A stretch of 64,000 nucleotides of DNA from Histomonas meleagridis 2922-C6/04-290x (Eukaryota; Protista; Parabasalia): positions 124,001-188,000 of the forward strand of contig JAANOX010000019.1 of the NCBI GenBank assembly GCA_020184695.1, written 5' to 3'. Below, piece after piece: positions 34,370 to 45,463 of the stretch. The notes beneath the pieces were generated by a model that was given only the letters and a program-made list of their open reading frames with translations, did not search any database and was not told the origin of the DNA. The position numbers were made by a program, and so were the translations under genes. Numbering within the stretch: position 1 is the stretch's first letter; each line of letters begins with the position of its first letter.

Positions 34370-35752
34370 ATGGAAGAAAAAGATCAAAACATCCCAAAAT
34401 CCATTGGTAATTACACACTCCTAGAGAAAATCGGTACTGGCTCTTTCTCATCTGTTTATAAAGCATGCCATATATCGACTAACACTCTTGTAGCAATTAA
34501 AGTTATTCTCAAAAGCTCAATTCCAAAAGAGAAGTATGAACGAGAGCTAGCTGTTTTAAAGAGCCTTGATCATCCATTTTGTATTGCATTTTTTGAAAAT
34601 ATGGAAGATGATTTTAACTATTATTTAGTTCAAGAATTAATTCAAGGAAAATCTCTTCTTACAATCATCAACTCTAACTCTCCTTTACCAGAAGCAACTC
34701 GTCGTCATTATTTTTGCCAGCTAATTTCAGCTTTTGATTATCTTCATAATGTTATTCATTTTGTTCATAGAGATGTAAAACCTGAAAACATCATGATAGA
34801 TCAATATGGGAATATCAGGTTAATAGATTTTGGTCTTGGTAATGTTTTAGAAACTGGAGTATTAAAAACTGCATGCGGATCAGCAGCATATGCGGCACCA
34901 GAGGTCATAAAAGGGAATCCTTACGACTCCAAAGCCGACATATGGAGTGCAGGTGTAGTATTATATGTTATGAGTGTTGGTAAACTTCCATTTGATGATC
35001 CCAATATCCATCGAATGGCCAAAAAAGTTGTTTATCAAGAGCCCAGGTTCCCACATTTCCTTTCGCCAGACCTTCTTGACCTTCTCCAGTCACTTCTGAC
35101 GAAAGATCCACAAAAACGCATCGATATTAATGGGATCAAAAATCACACGTGGTTCCTTCAGCATCCCTTCGAAGGTGTTCTTAATGCCAATTTTGGTCTT
35201 CAATACTATTTTTGCTGGCGGAATTTTGAGAAGATCAAAGCATTTGCTCCACCGAACATTCTTATTACATTCCGACATTTTGGGATCAACGTAAATCAAG
35301 CGTGCAAAGAGCTTGAGACCCATAACTACGGAGATACCACAGTTGGCTGCAAAATCATTCATCGAATGTACGTGACAAAAAAGATGGAAAACCTTTTTTA
35401 CGGAGGGGAAAAGTCACGTAGGAACTCGAGCTTCGACCCAATCCACCTTCCATCCATTAAACAGTCTGAATATTCAACAAGGAGATGGAGCTTCAGAAAA
35501 TCAGAAAGAGGCGGAAATAATGAGTCAGGACTGCCGCCGTTCTTAATGAGGGAATCGAAGCCAAGCGATGACACATCGAATTTGGGACAAGCGACAAGAA
35601 AGTTGTCAATCAATCAATTGACACCACCAACACCACATACAAAAATATTGTTAACAAGAAGAGTAAGAAAGAACTATTACTCACCCAACTTTCAAAATGT
35701 TCCTAAGCTTCCTTTTGCCGGAAATTATGAATATTCTAATGATATTATATAA
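34370..35752 (+). CDS. CAMK-group (SNF1/AMPK-related) Ser/Thr protein kinase
   Basis: IGTGSFSSV, VAIK, HRDVKPEN, DFG, TACGSAAYAAPE and DIWSAG motifs are all intact. Confidence 0.93.
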   Translation: MEEKDQNIPKSIGNYTLLEKIGTGSFSSVYKACHISTNTLVAIKVILKSSIPKEKYERELAVLKSLDHPFCIAFFENMEDDFNYYLVQELIQGKSLLTIINSNSPLPEATRRHYFCQLISAFDYLHNVIHFVHRDVKPENIMIDQYGNIRLIDFGLGNVLETGVLKTACGSAAYAAPEVIKGNPYDSKADIWSAGVVLYVMSVGKLPFDDPNIHRMAKKVVYQEPRFPHFLSPDLLDLLQSLLTKDPQKRIDINGIKNHTWFLQHPFEGVLNANFGLQYYFCWRNFEKIKAFAPPNILITFRHFGINVNQACKELETHNYGDTTVGCKIIHRMYVTKKMENLFYGGEKSRRNSSFDPIHLPSIKQSEYSTRRWSFRKSERGGNNESGLPPFLMRESKPSDDTSNLGQATRKLSINQLTPPTPHTKILLTRRVRKNYYSPNFQNVPKLPFAGNYEYSNDII

Positions 35753-35897
35753 ATGTTAATAATCGAAATGCTTTTTATGGTAAAATAATTGATTAATTGT
35801 ATGTAGTTGTAAGAATTAGAAAACTTTGAGGAAAATTCGTTGATATGAAATATGAAATCATCCAAAATATCATCACTTAAATTAACTTTCGTGAGTA

Positions 35898-36686
35898 GAT
35901 TAATAACAAGTGTTGTGCCATTGTAAGGAATGAAAGTCTAAATACATGATTTGTATTGGTCAATGTAATAATGTTTCATCTTCTAAAAAAAAAATAAAAA
36001 ATAAAAATAAAATGAAAATTCAAAATGGTTATCCATTTTATTGTTGTTGTTGAGATGAGTTCTTCTTGTAATCAATGATCCTGCTTTCACCATTAGATGA
36101 AATAACAGTAACAATGATTTCATCTCCTGAATCGTTGTTTTCATATTCATTAATAACCTTTTGGCAAATTTCATCATCACCAAGTTCAACATCTTCGCGC
36201 ATGTTGCCTTGAAGATCAAGAAGTTGAGTGTTCTTACCATCAATATTGATAAGTGCATAATCTTGACGTTGAACAAACGGAACTTCAATGTCGTGTGAAG
36301 TGGGAAGATGTGCTTCATAACGACGACCTGTGAAGATATCAGTACCTGCAATATTAGCTTTAGCATGACCATGTTTACCTGTCTTAGACTTGGCAATATC
36401 AACAACACGACATGGACGTCCTTCAAGGAGAACATAACCACCCTTCTTAAGTTTGTTGACTGGAATAGATGTAGATTCAAGTGCACCAGTATCAATATGG
36501 GCAATATCAAGATCGTGATGTTCTTCTTCAGCCATTATAATTTGTGGCCTAAAATTCAATAGACTTCGTTTGGTCTCACTTTTATTTCAATTTTTCTTTA
36601 AATTTCTGTTTGACCATACATTTCGTTGTCATTTTAGGTCCTAACTTTTTCATCGAGTTTTTTGAACCAAAATTTTACATTTCAAT
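35898..36686. repeat. Dispersed direct duplication (about 789 bp) of eIF5A plus flanks, copy 1
   Basis: Matches 50015-50802 except for 36206 G versus 50322 A and a 1-nt poly-A length difference (by-eye comparison). Confidence 0.95.
36038..36535 (-). CDS. EIF5A: Translation factor eIF5A, copy 1
   Basis: Hypusination motif KSKTGKHGHAK. The ATG at 36535 gives MAEEEHH. Confidence 0.97.
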   Translation of the reverse strand: MAEEEHHDLDIAHIDTGALESTSIPVNKLKKGGYVLLEGRPCRVVDIAKSKTGKHGHAKANIAGTDIFTGRRYEAHLPTSHDIEVPFVQRQDYALINIDGKNTQLLDLQGNMREDVELGDDEICQKVINEYENNDSGDEIIVTVISSNGESRIIDYKKNSSQQQQ

Positions 36687-37204
36687 GTTGTGTCAGGTGT
36701 AAAGATTGTGTCGATTTTAAATCTAATTGATGTTCATTTGAATTAATTAAATTTTATAATAAGCTCATCGCTCAGGTGTTGTAATACAACATAAAATCTG
36801 TCACATGGAAAAATCGTATAATTAACTAACTAATTTTAATGAATTTAAATTATATTCAATACTTAAAACTATAATGCATAGACTAGAAATGGGAAGGTCA
36901 ATCGATTGACAATAATTTGAATTGGGTCTTCCAATTTTTTATAAACATATGGGATAATGTTTGGTTTAATTGGAATATAAAAAAAATCAAAAATCATAAT
37001 GTGTTACAAAAGCAATCTATGATATTCAGGATAATATTGATTTATGGTAGAGTGCCAACCTTTTCCCTCCATTGTAGGAGGACGTTAAGTAACCTATAAC
37101 TTAGTAAAAATTTTTGAGATGAATGTCATTGAAATTTTGAACTCAATTAAAATATCGGTTTTCGTTCGATTTACTGATCTAACCTCCTTCTCACTCAAGG
37201 CTCA

Positions 37205-38323
37205 ATGTTCTTTTTACTGGCACTTGGAAAGGTTTCTTGCTCTGTCTCAAAGTGGGATTACGATTCTTTCATGACGGAGGGCGAAAATATAACATGTGGA
37301 GATGTTTTATGTTCAGGTCTTTGTATCAAATATATTAATCATTCGATAAACACAGACAAACCTATCTATTATGGAAATGTTTCTTATTGCTACACTGGTG
37401 ATTATAACCTATGCTATAAGGTTCGATACATATACATTTTAGCAACTTTCATATTTTTAATTCCAAACTTTATTGTATATATATACATTTCCGCCAAGAA
37501 ATGCTTTTTATTTGAGACCATGGATAAGTTTGATTTTGGTTTTCTTTTTACAACGATAATTGGTCCACCAAGTATTGGTCTGACCATCGCAGGTGCTTAT
37601 TGTATTGTTGCATTCGGGAATGACTTTGATAGTACTGGCTTAAATATGGAGATTGTATTTCCATGTTTATATGCGTATTCAATGATTATGGGTTCTATTT
37701 ATATTTTTGTGTCAAAACCTGAAGAGGGTGTTTCATATTTTCAATTCATTGGAGCTAAGTTTTGTTCTTTGTCTGAATTAACAGATAAAATTGCAGAAGT
37801 TCGAGCAGCACCACCAATCTTTCAACTCAATCAAACTATCGGCAAAGGTCCAAGTAGCTTATTCAAGTATGTTGAATATCTTACATGGGAAGAAACAGAA
37901 AGTATAATTTCCATACCATCTAAATGCCCTGTTTGCGTTGCATACAAATTCTATACTGAACAGAGTGAAAACATTAAAAACGAAGTAAAAGAAATTTCAT
38001 CTTCAAATCCTGGAATATCTTTTTCCAGCCACGTCGACGTTGAAACACCGCTTTTAATTGCAGGAAACAACATCACTCCAATTGTTAAGTTTATGACGCG
38101 ACCGTTTATGAAAGTCGTTTATATAATTCTCGTAATTTTCCAATATGAATTTTTGCTGGATTTAATATTTTTCTCGAATTGTAAGTTATTGGTTGTGAAG
38201 TCTTACAAAAGGGCTGATGTTGAGCCTTTATTTAGAACAAAGGCAGGTGAAAAAGATTTTGAAGCAGCAACATCTATGATTCAAAATGAAGAAGCTGTAG
38301 ATAAAAATGAAGATCTTTTATAA
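37205..38323 (+). CDS. Membrane protein with signal peptide and several TMs (weak TMEM151-like resemblance)
   Basis: MFFLLALG signal, Cys-rich ectodomain, 3-4 TMs; the family guess is by eye only. Confidence 0.6.
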   Translation: MFFLLALGKVSCSVSKWDYDSFMTEGENITCGDVLCSGLCIKYINHSINTDKPIYYGNVSYCYTGDYNLCYKVRYIYILATFIFLIPNFIVYIYISAKKCFLFETMDKFDFGFLFTTIIGPPSIGLTIAGAYCIVAFGNDFDSTGLNMEIVFPCLYAYSMIMGSIYIFVSKPEEGVSYFQFIGAKFCSLSELTDKIAEVRAAPPIFQLNQTIGKGPSSLFKYVEYLTWEETESIISIPSKCPVCVAYKFYTEQSENIKNEVKEISSSNPGISFSSHVDVETPLLIAGNNITPIVKFMTRPFMKVVYIILVIFQYEFLLDLIFFSNCKLLVVKSYKRADVEPLFRTKAGEKDFEAATSMIQNEEAVDKNEDLL

Positions 38324-38469
38324 ATAAAAAAAAATTTTTTTCAAGTTCTTGAAACATTGAGGATATGGTTTTGATGGCCATATGGCACAATTGAGCTCAA
38401 TGTTTATCGACTGAGAAGAAGGGGTGGCAGGAAATTCTTGTGTATTTTTCGAAGTTGATAAATTAAATA

Positions 38470-38792
38470 GAAATGTGACCAAATATTTTCTATGTAATTC
38501 ATCAACAGAAATTGAATTACCTGCTGCTCTCGAATCATTTGGAACTAATGTATTTTCTTCTTGTTATTAAAATTAACAAATATTGAAATACCATCTGTTC
38601 AATCAATTGAAAATTATCTATTTTCTGCTTGTCTTGCATTAACAAATATTACAATTCCATCTTCTGTTATCAATTGGAAATAATGCTTTCTATAACTGTA
38701 TTTCATTAACAAGTATAATAATTCCATTTAATGTCACATCAATTGGTAATAATGCATTTGGTAATTGTGGTGAACTTAAGTGCATTTATTAG
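38470..38792 (+). pseudogene. BspA-like (TpLRR) leucine-rich repeat relic
   Basis: EIELPAALESFGTNVFSSC, LTNITIPSSV and IGNNAFYNCISLTSIIIPFNVTSIGNNAFGNC, with a stop and frameshifts and no start. Confidence 0.8.
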
Positions 38793-39021
38793 GAAGGAAA
38801 AAAAAACAGAAGAAGAAGTGAGTTGAAGTGACTTAACGTCTTTTCGTACGTTAATCACTTCACATCCAAAATTTTGAAAGAATTAAAAAGTGACAGAAGT
38901 TATGTGAAGGCCTTGTCTCAAACCGTATTAAGTATCGTACCATTGAAAATATGCGAAAAGTGGAACAAACAAAGTTCTGTTAAGATAATGGGTCAGAATC
39001 TTTTTAACATACACCCTAAAT

Positions 39022-42000
39022 AGGACGTGGTCAGGTCGCATTCTCTGAAAAAATTAATTATAATTAAAATATAATATCTTCTATTATTAATAAAGTATTT
39101 TTAATTCTAGTATATTGGATTAAAATTATTATTGGACAAATTATTTACGTGTTTTTATTTATTTTAATTCAATACGAATTGGTCGTTGCTTTGAAAGCAG
39201 TAATGCTTTTCAATGATTTACAAGACAATTTTTTTCCACTGATACAGAGACCATACTCTTATTTTCCCAAAGATAGACATGATTTGACAATGTTTTATTG
39301 CATTAAATCAAGATGCTTTTCAGTTGTGGCTAATATGCCTTTTAAAAAACTTTTAAAACTAAAATTTATTATTCAGCTTAGCAGGATTCAAGCAATTAAT
39401 GTAGTAATAGCCTTAGCAACTCTTGGCCTTAAGCAAGCAGGATTATTGTTTATGAAACTCATATCTAATGTACCATTAATTACAAATAAATTATCGAATA
39501 ATTGGACAGAAGAAGAAGATAATGCTCTTTTTTGGTCTTTTTTACATAATAATGAAATTTTAGGGGAAAATATTAATGGTAGATCATTTAATGCAGTTTT
39601 ATCTCGTATGAATCGATGGATTTTTTGACTCCAAGATTTACAACTCAGTGAAATTATTTTAAAACAAAGATACGTCATTGAAAAAAACGAAAATAATAAT
39701 ACTTTCTTAAATCAAGATTTAATTCAAACTAATTCTTTAAATTTAACAGAAAGAAACAAATTACCTTCATCAGAATAAACCGGTGATGCTCAATTAACAG
39801 CCTCTATTGGAACATATTCATCTAAACGCCTTTTATAGGAAAAGAAAATAAATCAACTGGCTGAGGCTCGAAAAAAGAAAGCAGAGATAAATAAAGTTAG
39901 AAATGAAACTGAAAATAAAGGCACAACACAAAAAAAACGAAAACAGAACAAGAAGGGCAAAGAAAAATGTTCCATCCTTTGTTTTAAAGCGTTTGGAAAA
40001 AATCGAATGACAATCTTGGGAAACCTATTTATGATATAGAGTTGAAAATGTTTTGGATTAGAGTTCATATGTTTGGAAGGAAATGCTTTAATTTTTTCAC
40101 TAAAATGTTTCATGGTCCATCACATAGCTCAATAATTTCATGGTTGAAGAACACAAAATTTTTGAAGTGGAATAATTTTTTAAGCATCGATAATATTCCA
40201 ACAATTCTTGAATATTTTGATAAAAAAAAAACTTTTAAATTCAACTATGTTGTTATTTATCGATGCAATGATGGTAGATGAAGATATTTACATTGATCAT
40301 ACTGGACAAGTTGATGGATTGGTTAATATTCGAACAGTATCTTATCCAGAGAAGTACAGACAATGTCATTAAACATATTTACAGTTATGAAATCATATGA
40401 AAAAACATAACGAAATTGCAATAGAATTATACGTTATTTCTGCTTGTCCAATTAATAGATTACAGAGATTTCCAATTCATATTTTTTTGGCTTGTATAAA
40501 AAAATAATCATGATCCTGTAGGAACCATAAAAAAAGTTATTCAAAAATTAACTAAATCTAATATATGTATACAATATATTGGGTCTGATTCTGATACTAA
40601 GTATCGCGATAAGTTTAATGAACAATATAATGAATGGTCAGAATATATAACATCAAAATATGGAAATGTAATGAATATTAATAAACCAGTGTTAATGTGG
40701 ACAAGTGATGCAGCACATCTCCTCATAAGAGGAAGACCCAGGCTTGTTATCCATAAAACACTCTATACAAGTAGAGTTGATCAGTCGTCTTTTGAAAATG
40801 ATCCAAATAATCCCGCATATAATTTTCATGTGATTAATTATAATATTCTTATCCTTACATATTCTCAATTATCTTCAAATTGATTTAGAAACAATGGAAG
40901 ATATTCTATGGACGATCATTACCCTCACTATATATTTTCTGGCAAAACATTATTAGGTATTCTCAATTCGATGAAGTTTCAAGATAATCAAAATCACATC
41001 TTATCTTATATTGTACCAATGTTATGTATTGTAAGAATTCTAAGGGATAAAAATGCAAAAAAAAATTTTAAGATTAAAATGGGCATACATTTCTTCATTT
41101 ATTATGCTCTTCCATCACAGTTGGATGAAATTACAATGTGGTGAAAAAGAAAACAAAAAAGAAAATTATAATTCATATTTTACAATGAATATGTGTATTG
41201 ATTGTGCAAATTGGCTCTTTTCTGTTATTCACATTTTATATTAAGTAAAAGAATCATTTAGTATGTCTAAAGTAGGATCAATAACTTCTGAACATTAATT
41301 TTTTCAAATTATATATCACGCTGGGAAAGAACAAACATGTAGAAGCGTTAGATTTGCATTCGATCGAGTAATGATCATGAAAGAACTCGGAGATTCATAT
41401 TAAGGAAAAATTTGAAAAAAGAATGTTTAGATGTGCTAAAATTGAAGAAGGAACGGTTATACTCTATCAAGTCGAAATTGATATATGCAAAATTATTGCT
41501 TATAAAATTTCACTAATGTCTGGAATTTTATTTCCCCGTGAATGTGAATTTTATGATCTTGTAAAAGACATAAATTCAGAAAGCGAATATGAGTTTAATA
41601 ATAACGAAATTCATTTACTATACACATTGCTAAACGATGACTTCGAAACAAAAAACAACCCAAAAAGCTGGCGAATTCAGTCATCGCGATTCCGAATTGG
41701 TCCACATAAAGTTGGACGAAATATTTCGATGAGATATGCTACTGCATTAAATGACACGAATGAGAAAAAACAAACCCAGCAGGAAGATGCAATAAAGTAA
41801 TAACCATCAGTAAACTTGATAATCTTCAATCTTTGGTATTAGTAAAAATTGTGAATTCGTGAATTACAATGGTTTATGATCCGAAATTTGATATAAAAGT
41901 GTTGCCGACCGTCAATGAAAAAGTCGAGCGATTTCATTGAAAAAGTGAAATTTCCATCAAGTGGTCACATCACATCGTCGGTTTTTTCGATGTAAGATAT

Positions 42001-42464
42001 TCAAAAAGTTGAAAAAAATCATTTTGCGATTTAGGTTTTATAAGCTTATGCAATTATTGTTTTGATTATTTATTTGATAATAATAAAATCCATAAGAATG
42101 TCTAGAAATTTGTCAGACAGATTTTCAATTTAGGTCTTATTTTTCGCAATAAAAATGTTTTAAAATTAAAATAAAAATTTCTTGAAAATTCTCTGATAGA
42201 AATCAAAATAAATCATTACTTAAAAAGAAAATAATATATTTGTAAAAATTTTACTTTGTATGGGTTTTGGTGGGATTGAAAAAAAAAATCAAGATTGCTA
42301 ACAAAGCATAATCATAACATGCAAATAATATGGAAAAATAGATTGGGAGAAGTAGGAGATTTACTGAAAAGGAAAAGTTTATATCTATCAAGCATAATGC
42401 TGTGAGCGAAAAATAATTTCATTAACGTACAGATTTTTGACCGTTTAAAATCCGACCACGTCCT
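39022..42464 (+). mobile_element. Decayed DNA transposon, 3443 bp, 11-bp TIRs, 8-bp TSD
   Basis: AGGACGTGGTC (39022-39032) and GACCACGTCCT (42454-42464) are perfect inverted repeats, flanked directly by CCCTAAAT at 39014-39021 and 42465-42472; fragmented transposase-like coding sequence lies inside. Confidence 0.85.
39452..41800 (+). pseudogene. Fragmented DDE-type transposase (DxxH class: P/hAT/MULE/Kolobok-like)
   Basis: Pieces in order: WTEEED (Myb/SANT-like), FHGPSHSSIISWL, LFIDAMMVDEDIYID (about 40262), IGSDSDTKY (40581), SDAAHLLIRGRPRL (40707), SMDDHYPHYIFS; several stops and frameshifts. Confidence 0.65.
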
Positions 42465-42473
42465 CCCTAAATC

Positions 42474-44657
42474 ATGTCGGAAACCACAAATAACTCAAAT
42501 AAAAAATATCAAAATTTTAGAACAGAAGAAACAGAGATCATTGGATCAATTCAACAAATAATATTTAATTTGAATAAAGAAAATATTTTTCAATCAGCTC
42601 AATCAATTATTTCCATATTTGATTATAGTTATCCATATTCTTTTAATATAGTTATAAGTCAATTTATTTTAATTTGTATTTTTAATGCAAATAATGATTT
42701 TGATATATATTTCAATTTTATGAAAGAAGTAGAAAAATTTCAAGAAATTAATAAAGTTAAATATAAAATTTTCAACGCCTTTGCTAATCTTCTTCTTTTA
42801 AAACCTGGTAATCAAGAAACAAATTATCCCCTCTTTAAAATGTTTGAGCATAATATTCTTGATATAAAATTATCAAAAAATAAGCCGAATCCATATTTTG
42901 TCCACTACATGTCTAAAGAAGAAATTAAAAAGCAACATGATATTTTTAAATGGGTCTTAGGAAACATGAAAGAATTATCAAAGAATGATTGGGAACTTCA
43001 TAAACAATTAATTGAAGAAGGACTTAATCCGAATGAAATTGCACAAATAATTAGAAAAGATGAAATAGAAAAACTTCAAGAAATAGCATCACAAACAGAA
43101 TTTGATTTTAATCAATTAATTCCAAAATCAATTTATGAAAGATGTTCATTTATTAATCAATATAATGTTTCATTAATTGATTATGCAGCATTTTTTTCAT
43201 CTGTTAAATGTTTTAAATATTTACTTATGAATGGTGCAAAAGTAGAAAATACAGGCAAATATGCAGTTGCAGGTGGAAATCTTGAAATAATTCATTTATG
43301 TGAACAAAATCGTTCATCATTTCAAAATGCATATGAAGCAGCAATTAAGTTTCATCGAAATGATATCTTTAACTATCTTTATGAAAATAAAATAGGAAAC
43401 ATTGATAATTTAGAAGAATTAGGATATCTATGTATTATGTTATGGAACATTGAAATTTTTACTCTTTTACAGAAAAATGGTTTGAAAATTAATGATTATA
43501 TTATTAATAATGTTGCAAGAAGTGGGAATCTTTATCTCATCAAACACTTCCTAAAAGAATATCCAATTCCAAGAGATATTTTAATATTCTCCCCAAAATC
43601 GGGAAATATTGAACTTGTTGAGTATATTTTAAAGCAGAAAGGAATTGATGTTAATGTTAAAGATATTCATTTGTTTTATTCCTTATTGATATGAGTTATT
43701 TAATATTTTAAAATAATATTCCAAAATTATTCAAAATATTTTATACAGCTCTTATGTGTGCAGCTGAATATGGTCATACAGAAATTGTAAAATTACTTCT
43801 TGAACAAGAAGGAATTGATATTAATGCTAAAAATATTTATTTGTTTTATTTTTTATTTATTTTAATAATTTATGATTTCAAAATAATATTTGGAAATTAT
43901 TTCTATTATTTGATACAGCACTTATGAAAGCGTCATGGGTTGAGCATACAGAAATTGTGAAATTACTTCTTGAACAAGAAGGAATTAACATAAATAATAA
44001 CGGAGCTTCTTTTTTGTCATATATTTGAATAATTTTATGTTTCTAAATAATTTTTGGAAATTATTTAATTTGTTTTATAGAGTATTTATGCATGCAACTA
44101 AAAATAATTACATAAAAATAGTTAAATTACTTCTTGAACGAGAAGGAATTGATATCAATAAAAAAGATTTTTATTTGTTTTATTTAATAAATACTCTAAT
44201 GATTTTGGATTTCAAGATAATATTTGGAAAATATTTAAATTCTTTCGAACAGCACTTATGTATGCATCGATAAGAAATCACATAGATTTAGTTTCATTAC
44301 TTCTTGAACAAGAAAGAATTGATATTAATGCTAATGATATTTATTCGTTTTATTTAAAATTAATTTTAACAATTTTGGATTTCAAAATAATATTTGGAAA
44401 TTATTTAAATTATTTAATACAGCACTTATGTATGCAAGTGAAAAAGGGAATACAGAAATCGTTAAATTACTTCTTGAACAAAAAGGAATTGATATTAATG
44501 CACAAGATATTTATTTGTTTTGTTTAAAAATAATTTTAAGAATTTAATATTTCAATACAATATTTGGAAATTATCCAAATTATTTGACACTGCACTTAAC
44601 AAAGCATCTCAGAAAGGTTTTACAGAAATAGTTGATTTATTTAATCGAATATTTTAG
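42474..44657 (+). CDS. DUF3447-type ankyrin repeat gene A: 5' ORF followed by six ankyrin cassettes separated by AT-rich inserts
   Basis: LIDYAAFFSSVKCFKYLL, YAVAGGNLEIIHLCEQ and AIKFHRND motifs. Cassettes start at 43745, 43915, 44079, 44249, 44419 and 44589; the last ends at TAG 44657. Whether a full-length protein is made is unknown. Confidence 0.8.
43668..44588 (+). repeat. 170-nt period array: ankyrin cassette plus frame-breaking AT-rich insert (gene A)
   Basis: Gaps between the last clear codon (D-I) and the next T-A-L: 43668-43744, 43838-43914, 44008-44078, 44172-44248, 44342-44418, 44512-44588 (77, 77, 71, 77, 77, 77 nt). Confidence 0.92.
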
Positions 44658-45463
44658 TGTGAACTATTATTTCATATTGAATTAGTAACAATCTATGAAA
44701 TAAAAAGTTTATTACCAATTTGGTATCATTTTTGAGTAAAGTCATTTAAAAAAAATGCTTTTGATGATGAAATACCATTTCCGAAACCATTCAAAATTTA
44801 AATTTTATTTAACACCTTTCTCATGAAGTACAATTTAAGAAGTAATTAAGTTAATTTCAAAAAATGAATGTTTTCTCAATGGATATCAAAGCAATTGTAA
44901 ATTCAAAGGTTGCTAATCATTAAAAAACATACCTGCTGTTAATACTGATTCCTTCAAAGGTAATATGTCATTTGATTCCAAAGATGAAGTGAAAAGTTCA
45001 TTAATACCTTAAGGTAGGTCTGAATCGGACGATATTTAAGATATGATGAAAAATCTAATAAATATAATCATTAGCCCTTCATATCCAGTTCATTATTTTC
45101 ATTAAAAATGTTTTTTGGTTGATTTTTTTTATTATTTATTGTTAGCAGATAAAAATTTAATTGAGTAGTTTATTCGAACCCATTCAAATCCGATTTGTCA
45201 CCCCACCTCAAAAAGTTGAGAAATTTCTCGTATTAAAATATGAATTTCTTGTTACAAAATTGATTTTGGACCATATGCATTAATTCAAATACTCCACACT
45301 ATAGTGGTGGGATATATTTATTTATTTATATTCAAATCTATAAGAGAACCTCGATCCTGAAGCAACGATTCATATGTTACCAGTTGCTGACGCATAAACA
45401 AGTTAAATAAAATTGTTAAATAGATGACAAATATTTTTTTTTTTTTGAAATATTTAACTTTAC

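Noticed and set aside
39149-39628. 159-aa ORF as an independent gene
   Set aside because: It lies inside the transposon, starts at GTG, and its 3' part is the beginning of the decayed transposase.
41912-41940. Small hairpin TCAATGAAA...TTTCATTGA
   Set aside because: A 9-bp AT-rich stem inside the transposon; plausible by chance.
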